From contig OZ245002.1 of assembly GCA_965223415.1 (NCBI GenBank), positions 1,984,001 through 2,048,000 on the forward strand: a stretch of 64,000 bases of DNA. The letters run 5' to 3'. Origin of the DNA: Myxococcota bacterium. Lineage in GTDB: Bacteria > Myxococcota_A > UBA9160 > UBA6930. The notes under the pieces are model-generated. The model saw only the letters and a program-made list of their open reading frames with translations, did no database searches and was not told the origin of the DNA. Below are positions 49,480 through 60,773 of the stretch, one piece after another. Position 1 is the first letter of the stretch. Every line of letters starts with the position of its first letter. A program made the translations under genes and the position numbers.

Positions 49480-50751
49480 ATGCCCGAGCACTCGCTGGCC
49501 GAGGCCGACCCGGCGCATCGCTACCTGGCGGTCCGCAACGCGTCGTCGGGCCTCGTGGCGCCCCTCTCCCCGGAAGACTGCACGCCCCAATCGATGCCCG
49601 ACGCGAGCCCCGCGAAGTGGCACCTGGCCCACACGAGCTGGTTCTTCGAGACCTTCGTGCTCGAGCCCCACGGCGGCGACTACGTGGCCTTCGATCCCGC
49701 CTTCCGCGTGCTCTTCAACTCCTACTACCACTCGGTGGGCGATCAGTACTTCCGCCCCCAGCGCGGGCTCGTGACGCGGCCCGGCCTGGACGAGATCCGG
49801 GCGTATCGCGCGCACGTCGACGCGGCGATGCTACGGGTGTTGGAGGCGGGCTCTCTCGGCGACGAGGAGCTCGGTGTCGTGGAGGTGGGTCTCCACCACG
49901 AGCAGCAGCACCAGGAGCTGATCGTCACCGACCTGAAGCACCTCCTGGCGCACAACCCGGCCCATCCACCCTACCGGCGCGATCTCGAGGAATCGACGCC
50001 GACCGCGGTGGAATCGCTCGGCTGGCACCGGGTGCCCGAGGGCACCCACGAGGTCGGTCACGGCGGCCGGGACTTCGCCTTCGACAACGAGGGGCCGCGG
50101 CACCCGGTGATGCTGCAGGAGGCCCGCATCGCCTCGCGGCTGGTGACCAACGGCGAGTACCTGGAGTTCATGGAGGACGGCGGCTACCAGCGCCCCGAGC
50201 TCTGGCTCTCGGACGGCTGGGCGACGGTCCAGGAGCGGGCGTGGCAGGCGCCGCTCTACTGGCTCGAAGGCGAAGGCGAGGCTCGGGTGCAGACCCTCGG
50301 CGGCGCACGCGCCCTCCGCCGGGACGAGCCCGTCACCCACGTGAGTGCGTACGAGGCCGACGCCTACGCGCGCTGGGCCGGCGCGCGTCTTCCCACCGAG
50401 TTCGAATGGGAGGTGTTGGCGGAGGCCCAGCCGCTGAAGGGGAACTTCGTCGAGAACGATCGCTTCCATCCCGCGCCGGCCCCGTCCGGCGAGCCTGCCG
50501 ACGGGCCGAGGCAGCTGTTCGGCGACACCTGGGAGTGGACCCAGAGTGCCTACGCGCCCTACCCGGGCTACCGCCCTCCCGAAGGCGCCCTCGGCGAGTA
50601 CAACGGCAAGTTCATGGTGAACCAGCTCGTGCTGCGTGGTGGCTCCTGCGCGTCGCCCAACAGCCACCTGCGGCCGAGCTACCGGAACTTCTTCTACCCC
50701 GACGCTCGTTGGCAGTTCTCCGGCATTCGCCTCGCCCGCGACGTCGACTGA
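49480..50751 (+). CDS. egtB: Ergothioneine biosynthesis sulfoxide synthase
   Basis: [33 protein letters not shown]-sulfatase domain, EYNGKFM, YRNFF. Confidence 0.92.
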   Translation: MPEHSLAEADPAHRYLAVRNASSGLVAPLSPEDCTPQSMPDASPAKWHLAHTSWFFETFVLEPHGGDYVAFDPAFRVLFNSYYHSVGDQYFRPQRGLVTRPGLDEIRAYRAHVDAAMLRVLEAGSLGDEELGVVEVGLHHEQQHQELIVTDLKHLLAHNPAHPPYRRDLEESTPTAVESLGWHRVPEGTHEVGHGGRDFAFDNEGPRHPVMLQEARIASRLVTNGEYLEFMEDGGYQRPELWLSDGWATVQERAWQAPLYWLEGEGEARVQTLGGARALRRDEPVTHVSAYEADAYARWAGARLPTEFEWEVLAEAQPLKGNFVENDRFHPAPAPSGEPADGPRQLFGDTWEWTQSAYAPYPGYRPPEGALGEYNGKFMVNQLVLRGGSCASPNSHLRPSYRNFFYPDARWQFSGIRLARDVD

Positions 50752-50764
50752 GAGGAGGCCCTCC

Positions 50765-51523
50765 GTGTCGTGGTTCCATCGCTTCGCGCTGCTCGTGCTC
50801 GCTCTCTTCGCCAGCGGCTGCGCCAGCACCTACTACCACACGTACCAGGAAGCCAACCCGGGCTGGTTCCCCACCGTGCCGTCTCCTGGCGCGTCGCTCC
50901 ACGAGGTGCTGGCGTTCCTCTACGCACCGCCCCAGGCCGACTACAGCCGGTTGATCTCGAAGCTGGACGTGATCCGGCTCGGCGAAGGTGGCGAGCAGAA
51001 GCTCGACGAGCCCCAGATCCAGGCGGCGCTCGCCGGGAGCACGGGCGATCTGGTGGTGATCGCCAACCAGGCCTGCCGCTCGGAGGTGGACCTGAAGCGC
51101 TACGCCGGAGAGAAGGTCGGTTGGTTCCTGCTCCGCGACGGCAAGCTCCTGTCCTACGACACCTTCGAGTTCGGGCATCGCTGTGTGGTGGCGAACGACT
51201 TCCGGCCGGCGGACGCCTCCGCTGCCGCCACCGAGGCGAGGATCGCGGCCTACGCGGAGCGACACTTCCCGACGTCGATGGCCCACGTCGGAGAGTTCTA
51301 CCGCAAGGGCCTCGCCTATCTCCGAGTGGAGCGCATCGCGGATGCCGAGCGGATGCTGGCCGCCGGCGACGGCGCACACGACGTCGGGTCGCGGGGCGAG
51401 AGGCGGATCCACTTCGAGGGCCCGTCCCGCTCGAGCCAGGTGACCGACGCGGCCGGCGTGGAGCGCTTCCGCATGCAGCTCGTGAAGGCGCTCGAGCGCC
51501 GGCGGAACGAAGCCGGGCACTAG
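50765..51523 (+). CDS. Hypothetical lipoprotein
   Basis: Lipobox ASGC after a hydrophobic stretch; GAGG RBS before GTG. Confidence 0.7.
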   Translation: MSWFHRFALLVLALFASGCASTYYHTYQEANPGWFPTVPSPGASLHEVLAFLYAPPQADYSRLISKLDVIRLGEGGEQKLDEPQIQAALAGSTGDLVVIANQACRSEVDLKRYAGEKVGWFLLRDGKLLSYDTFEFGHRCVVANDFRPADASAAATEARIAAYAERHFPTSMAHVGEFYRKGLAYLRVERIADAERMLAAGDGAHDVGSRGERRIHFEGPSRSSQVTDAAGVERFRMQLVKALERRRNEAGH

Positions 51524-51529
51524 CGAGAG

Positions 51530-52401
51530 CTACTCGAAGGGCTCCGGCGGCTCGGGCTCGGGGGCCGGGGGGAGCGGCTCCGCCGCGGCATGGAGGCGGC
51601 GCATCACGAGCACGCCGAAGCCCACCAGCAGGCCGCTCGCCGCGACCAGCAGCGGATGGGTGTGGCCGTCGTGGGTGTTGAAGCCCTGGATGGGGAAGTC
51701 TTCGGCGAAGGTCAGGGCGAGCAGGCCCGTACCGTTCAGGAGGCCCTGGAGCAGGATGCCCGGCAGGAGGGAGCCGGTGGCCAGGCGCAGGCCGCCGAGG
51801 ACGCCGCCCTCGAAGAGGGCCTGGAGGACGACGACGACGAAGGCGTACTCGTTCGCCGCGCTGGTGAGCGCACGTACCAAGGTGAAGAGCAGGGTGGTCA
51901 GGAGCAAGCCGCGCGCCACACCGAGCTGGGCCACGGTGCCCTGCAGCAAGACGCCGCGGAAGAAGAACTCCTCGATCACCGGGCGCAGCAGAACGGCGAA
52001 GAGCGCGATCTCCAGGGTGAGGAGGCCGCGGGGCGAGAGCGCGCCAGCGGCCTCGGACGTCTCGCCCGGCTGCGGCGGCTCGGGCCGCTCCAGGACGAGG
52101 GCGACCAGGTTCTCGAGCTCCGAGAGCCAGAGCACGAGCGGCACCAGGGCAAGCACCAGCAGCACCTGCTGCGGGGGGAAGCCGCACAGCCCGATGCGGC
52201 GCTCGGCGGGGGCGGGCACGCGGCGCGCCGCGAAGGTGCCGATGCCTCCGAAGCCCAGGACCATGCCGGCCGCGAGCCCGGCGACCACGTTCCCGGCGAC
52301 CGCCAGGGGCGCAACGACGAACAGCATCACGAGCAGCGCCGCCAGGGTCAGCATCGAGGCCGTGCCGGCGCTGGGGAAGGCGTGGGGATCCGCGGGCTCG
52401 C

Positions 52402-52405
<4 letters not shown>
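51530..52405 (-). CDS. CPBP (CAAX/Abi) family intramembrane protease-like protein
   Basis: [21 protein letters not shown]; the usual His motifs appear replaced. Confidence 0.75.
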
Positions 52406-55208
<2,803 letters not shown>

Positions 55209-55212
<4 letters not shown>

Positions 55213-56213
55213 AACGTGTCGTCGTCCGTGTCGAGCCTCAGCTCCGCCGCGTTCTCCGCGAACATGCCCTTGCGCTCGATGTAGGTCTGGTCGCGCATCT
55301 TGTCGACGAACTTCCGGTACTCCTCGGCCATCCGCTGCTCGAAGAGCTGGGCGTGGAGCGGCTCGCGCGCCTGCTCCCAGGTGATCTGCTGGTAGGGGCG
55401 CCGCTCCACCACCTCGATCAGGTTGCAGCCGAAGGGGGCCTCGACCACCTGGCTCACGTCTCCGGGCTCGAGATCGGCGACGGCGCGGAGCATCCACCCG
55501 GCCACCTCGTTCTCGTGCAGCCAGCCGATCGTGCCGCCGACCTCCGGGTTCACCTCGGACAGCTGGCTGGCGACGTCGCGGAAGGTCTCACCGCTGGCGA
55601 TGCGGGCGCGGGCGGCGCCCACGCGCATGCAGGCGGTGGTGCGTCCGCTCTTCTCGTCTTCCGGGAAGGTGACGAGGATCTGGCGCAGGTAGAACTCCTC
55701 GCCGCCGCTCGGCTGGTTCGAGAACTCCCGGTCGAAGATCTCGCGGACTTCCTTGTCTCCGAGCCTCACCTTCGAGGCGACCATGCCGCTCATCACCTTC
55801 TGGTGCTCGATCTCACCGCGGATCTTCTCGCGGTAGGTCTCGAAGGGCATGCCCTGGGCGTCGACGGTGGCGCGCAGCTCCTCCAGGGTGAGCTGATTCT
55901 CGTGGGCGATGTCGGCGACCGCCTGGTCCACCTCGGCGTCGCTGGCGTCGAGCTCGGCGCGCTTCACCATCTGACGGATCAGGGCGCGCTCGATCATGCG
56001 CTCGAGGATCTCCAGGTGGAGCACCGCGACGTCCTTCTCGCCGCCGCCTTCCTCGCGGATGCGCGCCTCGGCGGGCGCGGCCGCCTGGAGCACCTCGGAG
56101 ACGAGCACGATCTCGCTGCCCACCTGGGCGGCGATGCCGTCGATCACCTCGGCGGCCCGGAGCGGCTGGGTCGGGACGAGGGTGGCGAGCAGAAGGGCGG
56201 CAAGCAGTCGCAT
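55209..56213 (-). CDS. surA: SurA-like periplasmic chaperone / parvulin PPIase
   Basis: Signal peptide, [10 protein letters not shown], single parvulin domain ([19 protein letters not shown]). Confidence 0.85.
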
Positions 56214-56280
56214 GACGGGGCCTCGTGGCGGGAGGCGGCCGAAGGTAACGCCTGGGGCGGCGCGGAACGAGGCTCCGGGG

Positions 56281-56334
56281 CCGATTGGTCCCCTGGAGGG
56301 AGGATGGATTGGATCTGTCGGGACCGATTGGACC
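56281..56334. promoter_or_regulatory. Three GATTGG(A/T)(C/T)C direct repeats, likely MocR-family operator
   Basis: ccgattggtcc (56281), gattggatc (56307), ccgattggacc (56324), just upstream of a TATCCT -10 element and the MocR gene. Confidence 0.6.
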
Positions 56335-56350
56335 CTTCTATCCTCGGGTC

Positions 56351-57838
56351 GTGCAGGAGCTGCCCTTCGCCGCGGATCGGGAGGCCGTCGCGCCGGTCTA
56401 CCTCCAGCTGGCCGACCACCTGGGCCAGCTGATCGAGACCGGCCGCCTGCGCTCGGGGGAGCGGCTGCCCGCCAGCCGGGAGCTGGCGGTCTCGCTCGGG
56501 CTCTCGCGGAACACGGTGAACCAGGCGTACCAGACGCTGATCGACCGGGATCTCCTGTGGGCGCGGGTCGGCCAGGGGACCTTCGTGCGCGAGGCCCCCG
56601 CCGCGTCCGCCGTCGCGGTGCCGGCGGCGGGGCGGCGCTTCGTCTGGGAGAGCCTGCTCTCGGGTCCGGCGCGTGCGCTGCCGTCGCGGCTGCCCCGCGA
56701 GCCCGGTGCGACGCCCTACGACTTTCGTGCCGGCCGGGTCGCACCGGAGCTGCTTCCGCTGGCGGAGCTGCGCCGGCTGTTCGGCAGCGTGATCGAGCGG
56801 GACGGGACGGCGCTGGCGAACCACCTGGAGCCGCGCGGCTGGCCGCCGCTGCGCGAGGCGATCGCCGCCTCGCTGGTGGCCCGGGGCGTGCGCTGCACCG
56901 CGGACGAGGTGGTGGTGGTGGCCGGCGCCCAGCAGGCCCTCGACGCGGTGGCGCGGCTGCTGGTGGACCCGGGGGACGCGGTGGCGCTCGAGAACCCCGG
57001 ATACTTCGGCGCGGATTTCGCCTTCCGCGCGGCCCGCGCCCACCGGATCCCGATCGGCGTGGACGGGGATGGGCTCGACACCGACGCTCTGGCGCGGGTG
57101 CTCGGGCGGGTGCGGCTGAAGCTGATCTACGCGACGCCCGCCGTGCAGCAGCCCACCGGTGTGGCGCTGTCGGAGCCGCGCCGGGCCGCGCTGCTGGCGC
57201 TCTCCGAGTCGGCGCAGGTCCCCATCGTCGAGGACGACTACGACGGCGAGCTGCGTCTCGACGATCCGGTGCGCCCGGCACTCAAGACCGCGGACGCCGC
57301 GGGTCAGGTGATCTACGTGGGCACCTTCTCGAAGGCGCTCTTCCCGGCGCTGCGGCTGGGCTACGTGGTGGCGCCGGTGCCGCTGCTGGACCGGCTCGCG
57401 GCCACCAAGCTCGCCAGCGCCATGGCGACGCCGGCCCTCGAGCAGGCGGTGCTCGCCGAGTGGATCACGAGCGAGGGCTTTGCCCGGCACGTGCGCCGGG
57501 TGCGGCGGGAGATCCGGATGCGGGTGGAGGCGGGGATGGAGGCCATCGCCGCCTGCCTTCCCGAGGGCACCGAGGTGCAGCGTCCGGCCGGCGGCGGCGG
57601 GCTGTGGGTGACGCTGCCGTCGGGGCTCGACGCCCGCGCCCTGGCCCACGCCGCGCGGGAAGCGGGGGTGTGGGTGTACTTCGGCTCGGGCTTCGCGACC
57701 GGCGACGACGCGGGCCACGGCCTGCAGCGCAACCTGCTCGTCGCCGTGGGTGCCGTGGCCGAAGGTGACGTCCGCGAGGGGATCGCGCGTCTCGGGGCCT
57801 GCGCAACGGCCCTGCAGCCAGGACGGAGGACGACGTGA
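56351..57838 (+). CDS. MocR/GabR-family PLP-dependent transcriptional regulator
   Basis: GntR HTH (LPASRELA...SRNTV) plus aminotransferase domain (EDDYD, GTFSKALFPALRLGY). Confidence 0.93.
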   Translation: MQELPFAADREAVAPVYLQLADHLGQLIETGRLRSGERLPASRELAVSLGLSRNTVNQAYQTLIDRDLLWARVGQGTFVREAPAASAVAVPAAGRRFVWESLLSGPARALPSRLPREPGATPYDFRAGRVAPELLPLAELRRLFGSVIERDGTALANHLEPRGWPPLREAIAASLVARGVRCTADEVVVVAGAQQALDAVARLLVDPGDAVALENPGYFGADFAFRAARAHRIPIGVDGDGLDTDALARVLGRVRLKLIYATPAVQQPTGVALSEPRRAALLALSESAQVPIVEDDYDGELRLDDPVRPALKTADAAGQVIYVGTFSKALFPALRLGYVVAPVPLLDRLAATKLASAMATPALEQAVLAEWITSEGFARHVRRVRREIRMRVEAGMEAIAACLPEGTEVQRPAGGGGLWVTLPSGLDARALAHAAREAGVWVYFGSGFATGDDAGHGLQRNLLVAVGAVAEGDVREGIARLGACATALQPGRRTT

Positions 57839-58236
57839 GCACACGACTCGACGGGTGGGGCTGGCTGCTGCTGGTTTTCGGCGTCGCGAGCCTGGCCAAC
57901 GGGCTGTGGGGGATGTTCGCCGCGCCCCACTGGTACGCGAACGTCGCCGCGGACACCGGGCCCTTCAACCAGCACTTCGTGCGCGACATCGGCGAGGCTT
58001 ACGGGACCGTGGGCGGCGCGCTGATCTGGGCCGCCTTCGCGCCGGCGTGGCGCGGGCCGCTCTGCGGCGTAGCGGCGATGTTCCTGGGGCTCCACGCCGT
58101 GGGCCACGTCTACGAGATCGCCATGGGCGAGCTCGACGCCCACCACTGGATCGAGGACCTGCCCGGCGTCTTCCTGCCCGGCGCCCTGTTCGTCTGGCTG
58201 ACCTTCCGTTTCCTGCGCGCGCCCGAGGAGAGCTGA
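57835..58236 (+). CDS. Small integral membrane protein
   Basis: Four hydrophobic segments, FNQHFVRDIG; GTGA overlap with MocR. Confidence 0.75.
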   Translation: MSTRLDGWGWLLLVFGVASLANGLWGMFAAPHWYANVAADTGPFNQHFVRDIGEAYGTVGGALIWAAFAPAWRGPLCGVAAMFLGLHAVGHVYEIAMGELDAHHWIEDLPGVFLPGALFVWLTFRFLRAPEES

Positions 58237-58788
58237 ATGAGGCTCGAGCCCATCGACCGACCTTCCTCCCTGCTGGGCGGCGTGATGTCCTTCGGCATGC
58301 GCCGGATGTTCGGGCGCGTGATCACGCCGGCGCGGGTGCTCTACAACCGGGTGCCGCGGCTGTGGAACGTCGCCTGGGCCTTCCTGCGCCTCGAGACGGG
58401 CGGGATGGCGATGCCGAAGGAGGTGGCCCTGCTGCTCCAGACGCGCATCGCGATGCTGAACGGCTGCGGCTTCTGCGCCGACATCGCCCGCGCCTACGCG
58501 ATCCGCCAGTCCCTGGGCATCGAGCGCTTCGACGCCCTGGCGAGCTGGCGCGACAGCCCGGTCTTCGACGACCGCGAGCGCGCCGCCCTCGCCTACGCCG
58601 AGGCCCTCTCCGAGCGCCGCGTCGACGACGCCCTCTTCGAGGAGCTGCGCAAGCACTGGAACGACCGGGAGATCGTCGAGATCACCACCGCCTGCGCCCT
58701 CGAGAACTACTACAACCTCATCAACCTCGCCCTCGACATCGAAGACGACGGCCTCGAACGCCTCGTGAAGAAACGGGGCCGGAGTTAA
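58237..58788 (+). CDS. Carboxymuconolactone decarboxylase/AhpD-family protein
   Basis: NGCGFCAD CxxC, FDDRERAALAYAE, EIVEIT. Confidence 0.88.
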   Translation: MRLEPIDRPSSLLGGVMSFGMRRMFGRVITPARVLYNRVPRLWNVAWAFLRLETGGMAMPKEVALLLQTRIAMLNGCGFCADIARAYAIRQSLGIERFDALASWRDSPVFDDRERAALAYAEALSERRVDDALFEELRKHWNDREIVEITTACALENYYNLINLALDIEDDGLERLVKKRGRS

Positions 58789-58847
58789 GAATTCAGTTAC
58801 TCCCCCAAGGGGGAGTAACTGAATTCTTAACTCCGGCCCCGTTTCTT
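58768..58847. repeat. Perfect 39-bp inverted repeat, family B copy 2
   Basis: AAGAAACGGGGCCGGAGTTAAGAATTCAGTTACTCCCCC-aa-exact reverse complement. Confidence 0.95.
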
Positions 58848-58869
58848 AACTGCTAGCTTGGCGGGGACG

Positions 58870-59463
58870 ATGGTGGAGATCGTGCTGTATGGGCCGGTGA
58901 CGGCGCCGTTTACGCGGAAGGTGCAAGCGGCGCTGGCGGTGAAGAAGCTGCCCTACGAGTTCGTGGAGCCGCAGAGCCCGGAGGACTACCGGCGCTGGAA
59001 CCCGGAGACGGGGCTGCTGCCGCTGATCGACGTGAATGGCGAGCGGGTGCACGACTCGTCACGAATCCTCGACTTCCTGGACGCGCGGTTCCCCGAGCCC
59101 GCGCTCGTGGCGGCGGATCCGAAGGTGGCCCAGAGCCAGCGACGCCTGGAGCAGTGGGCCGAGGCCGCCTTCACGTTCTACTGGATCCACTACCTGCGTC
59201 GCCTGGTGGACGCGGACGAGGAAGGCGGCCCGGCGCGCACCGGCATGCGCGACGAGTTCGCCCAGCGCCTCGACGACCTGGTGAACTTCCTCGGCGGCCG
59301 CCCCTATTTCTACGCCGACGAGCCGAGCCGCGCCGACCTGGCCGTGTGGTCCTTCCTGGCGGGGGTGCGCGAGGCGGTCGGGCCGGAGGTCGCGGCGGTG
59401 CTCGAGGCGCGCCCGGCGCTGCTCGAGTACATGGCTCGCGTCGACGCCCTGCTTGACCGATGA
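58870..59463 (+). CDS. Glutathione S-transferase family protein
   Basis: APFTRKV, NPETGLLP, DSSRILDFLD, PSRADLAV. Confidence 0.88.
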   Translation: MVEIVLYGPVTAPFTRKVQAALAVKKLPYEFVEPQSPEDYRRWNPETGLLPLIDVNGERVHDSSRILDFLDARFPEPALVAADPKVAQSQRRLEQWAEAAFTFYWIHYLRRLVDADEEGGPARTGMRDEFAQRLDDLVNFLGGRPYFYADEPSRADLAVWSFLAGVREAVGPEVAAVLEARPALLEYMARVDALLDR

Positions 59464-59482
59464 TCTCTCCCGGGAGGACGTC

Positions 59483-59710
59483 ATGAAGGTCGAGATCAGC
59501 TACTGCGGGGTTTGAAACTACCTGCCCCGGGCCACCAGTCTGGTGGCCGCACTGAAGGACGAGCTGGGCCTGGAGGCGGAGCTCCACGAGGGCGGCGGCG
59601 GCGTGTACGACGTGGTCGCGGACGGCGCTCGGATCTTCTCCAAGCACGAGGAGGGGCGCTTCCCGGAGGATCGCGAGATCGTGGACGCCCTGAAGGAGCG
59701 CCTCGGATAG
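59483..59710 (+). CDS. SelW/SelT/SelH (Rdx family) selenoprotein; TGA at 59513 read as Sec
   Basis: MKVEISYCGV-U-NYLPRATSLVAALKDELG...GGGGVYDVVADGARIFSKHEEGRFP; GGAGG RBS; not in the ORF track. Confidence 0.9.
59530..59548 (+). promoter_or_regulatory. Bacterial SECIS hairpin
   Basis: GGCCACCA-GTC-TGGTGGCC, starting 14 nt after the in-frame TGA. Confidence 0.8.
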
Positions 59711-60021
59711 CCCGCTCCTACGAGAGGATCTACCGGGTCGTGCGGCGCATTCCGAAGGGGCGCGTCGCCACCTATGGGCAGGTGGCCGAGCTGGCGGGCC
59801 TGCCCCGGCAGGCGCGCCAGGTGGGCTACGCCCTCCACGCCCTGCCCGACGGCTCCCGCGTCCCGTGGCAGCGGGTCGTCAACGCGCGGGGCGAGGTGAG
59901 CGAGCGCGCCGTCCCGGGCATCGAGCCCGTCCAGCGCGCCATCCTCGAGGCTGAAGGCGTGGTCTTCGACGGGCGGGGGCGCGTCGACCTCTCCCGCTAC
60001 CGCTGGCGTCAGAGGACGTAG
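59707..60021 (+). CDS. Alkyltransferase-like (ATL/YbaZ) protein, probable ATA start
   Basis: IPKGRVATYGQVA, ARQVG, PWQRVVN (Trp in place of the catalytic Cys). Confidence 0.85.
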   Translation: MARSYERIYRVVRRIPKGRVATYGQVAELAGLPRQARQVGYALHALPDGSRVPWQRVVNARGEVSERAVPGIEPVQRAILEAEGVVFDGRGRVDLSRYRWRQRT

Positions 60022-60731
60022 ATGCCCGCACGCTCCGCGATGTACTTCGCGAGGGCCTCTTCCTCTTTGGGGTCCACCTCGGTGAAGCGGACGCCCATCC
60101 CGACGGGCCGGTTGGACTTGCGCAGATTGCCCGGCACGTTCGTCGACATGACCTCGGCCTGCACGGCCACGGACCCGTCCGGCATCAGGAACTCGACCTC
60201 GAGGGAGGCGCCGTTGCCGCTCGGACGCGGTGTCTCGAGAAAGGCGCCGCGCAGGGACAGGTTGTGGACGCCCGCCGGCTTGCGCCCGGCCCCGGAGTGG
60301 ACGAGGGCCGCCAGCTGGGTGGGCACGCGAAGCATGTCGCGCACGTCGCCGCGGGTCTCGTCGAAGGCGGCCTGGTTCAGGACGAAGCGCAGCTCGCTGT
60401 CGTGATAGGGATCGAAGAGGCCGAAGCTGGCGCCGGCCGCGCGGGCGTCCGCGATCGTGTCGGCGTCCGGCCGCATCCCGAGCAGGACGATCTTCAGGGT
60501 CGCCGGCGAGCGGACCTCCCGCAGGCTCGCGACGAGGCCCGGGGCATCGCGGGCGTCGCTGCTGACCAGCGCCACCCGGATGAGCTCCTCGCGCGTCAGC
60601 AGCTGTCCCGCATGCACGCTGTCCCGGGCCGGTGAGGCGCGGAAGCCGACCGCCCACAGCCGATCGCACAGCGCCACCTTCGCTTCCTCGTGGCCGCAGC
60701 CGATCACCAGTGCGTGCGCGCGCTTCGCCAT
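60009..60731 (-). CDS. PilZ-domain protein with degenerate receiver-like N-terminus
   Basis: RDMLR (RxxxR) and NLSLRG (D/NxSxxG), GMGVRF. Confidence 0.85.
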   Translation of the reverse strand: MAKRAHALVIGCGHEEAKVALCDRLWAVGFRASPARDSVHAGQLLTREELIRVALVSSDARDAPGLVASLREVRSPATLKIVLLGMRPDADTIADARAAGASFGLFDPYHDSELRFVLNQAAFDETRGDVRDMLRVPTQLAALVHSGAGRKPAGVHNLSLRGAFLETPRPSGNGASLEVEFLMPDGSVAVQAEVMSTNVPGNLRKSNRPVGMGVRFTEVDPKEEEALAKYIAERAGIYVL

Positions 60732-60773
60732 GTGGAGCGCTCATCGGCGCCCCCGCCGCCTGGGTTGAACCCT

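Noticed and set aside
49480..50751. egtB as selenoneine synthase SenA, given the selenoprotein nearby
   Set aside because: No senB or selD-like neighbour and the motifs fit ordinary EgtB; cannot be supported from sequence alone.
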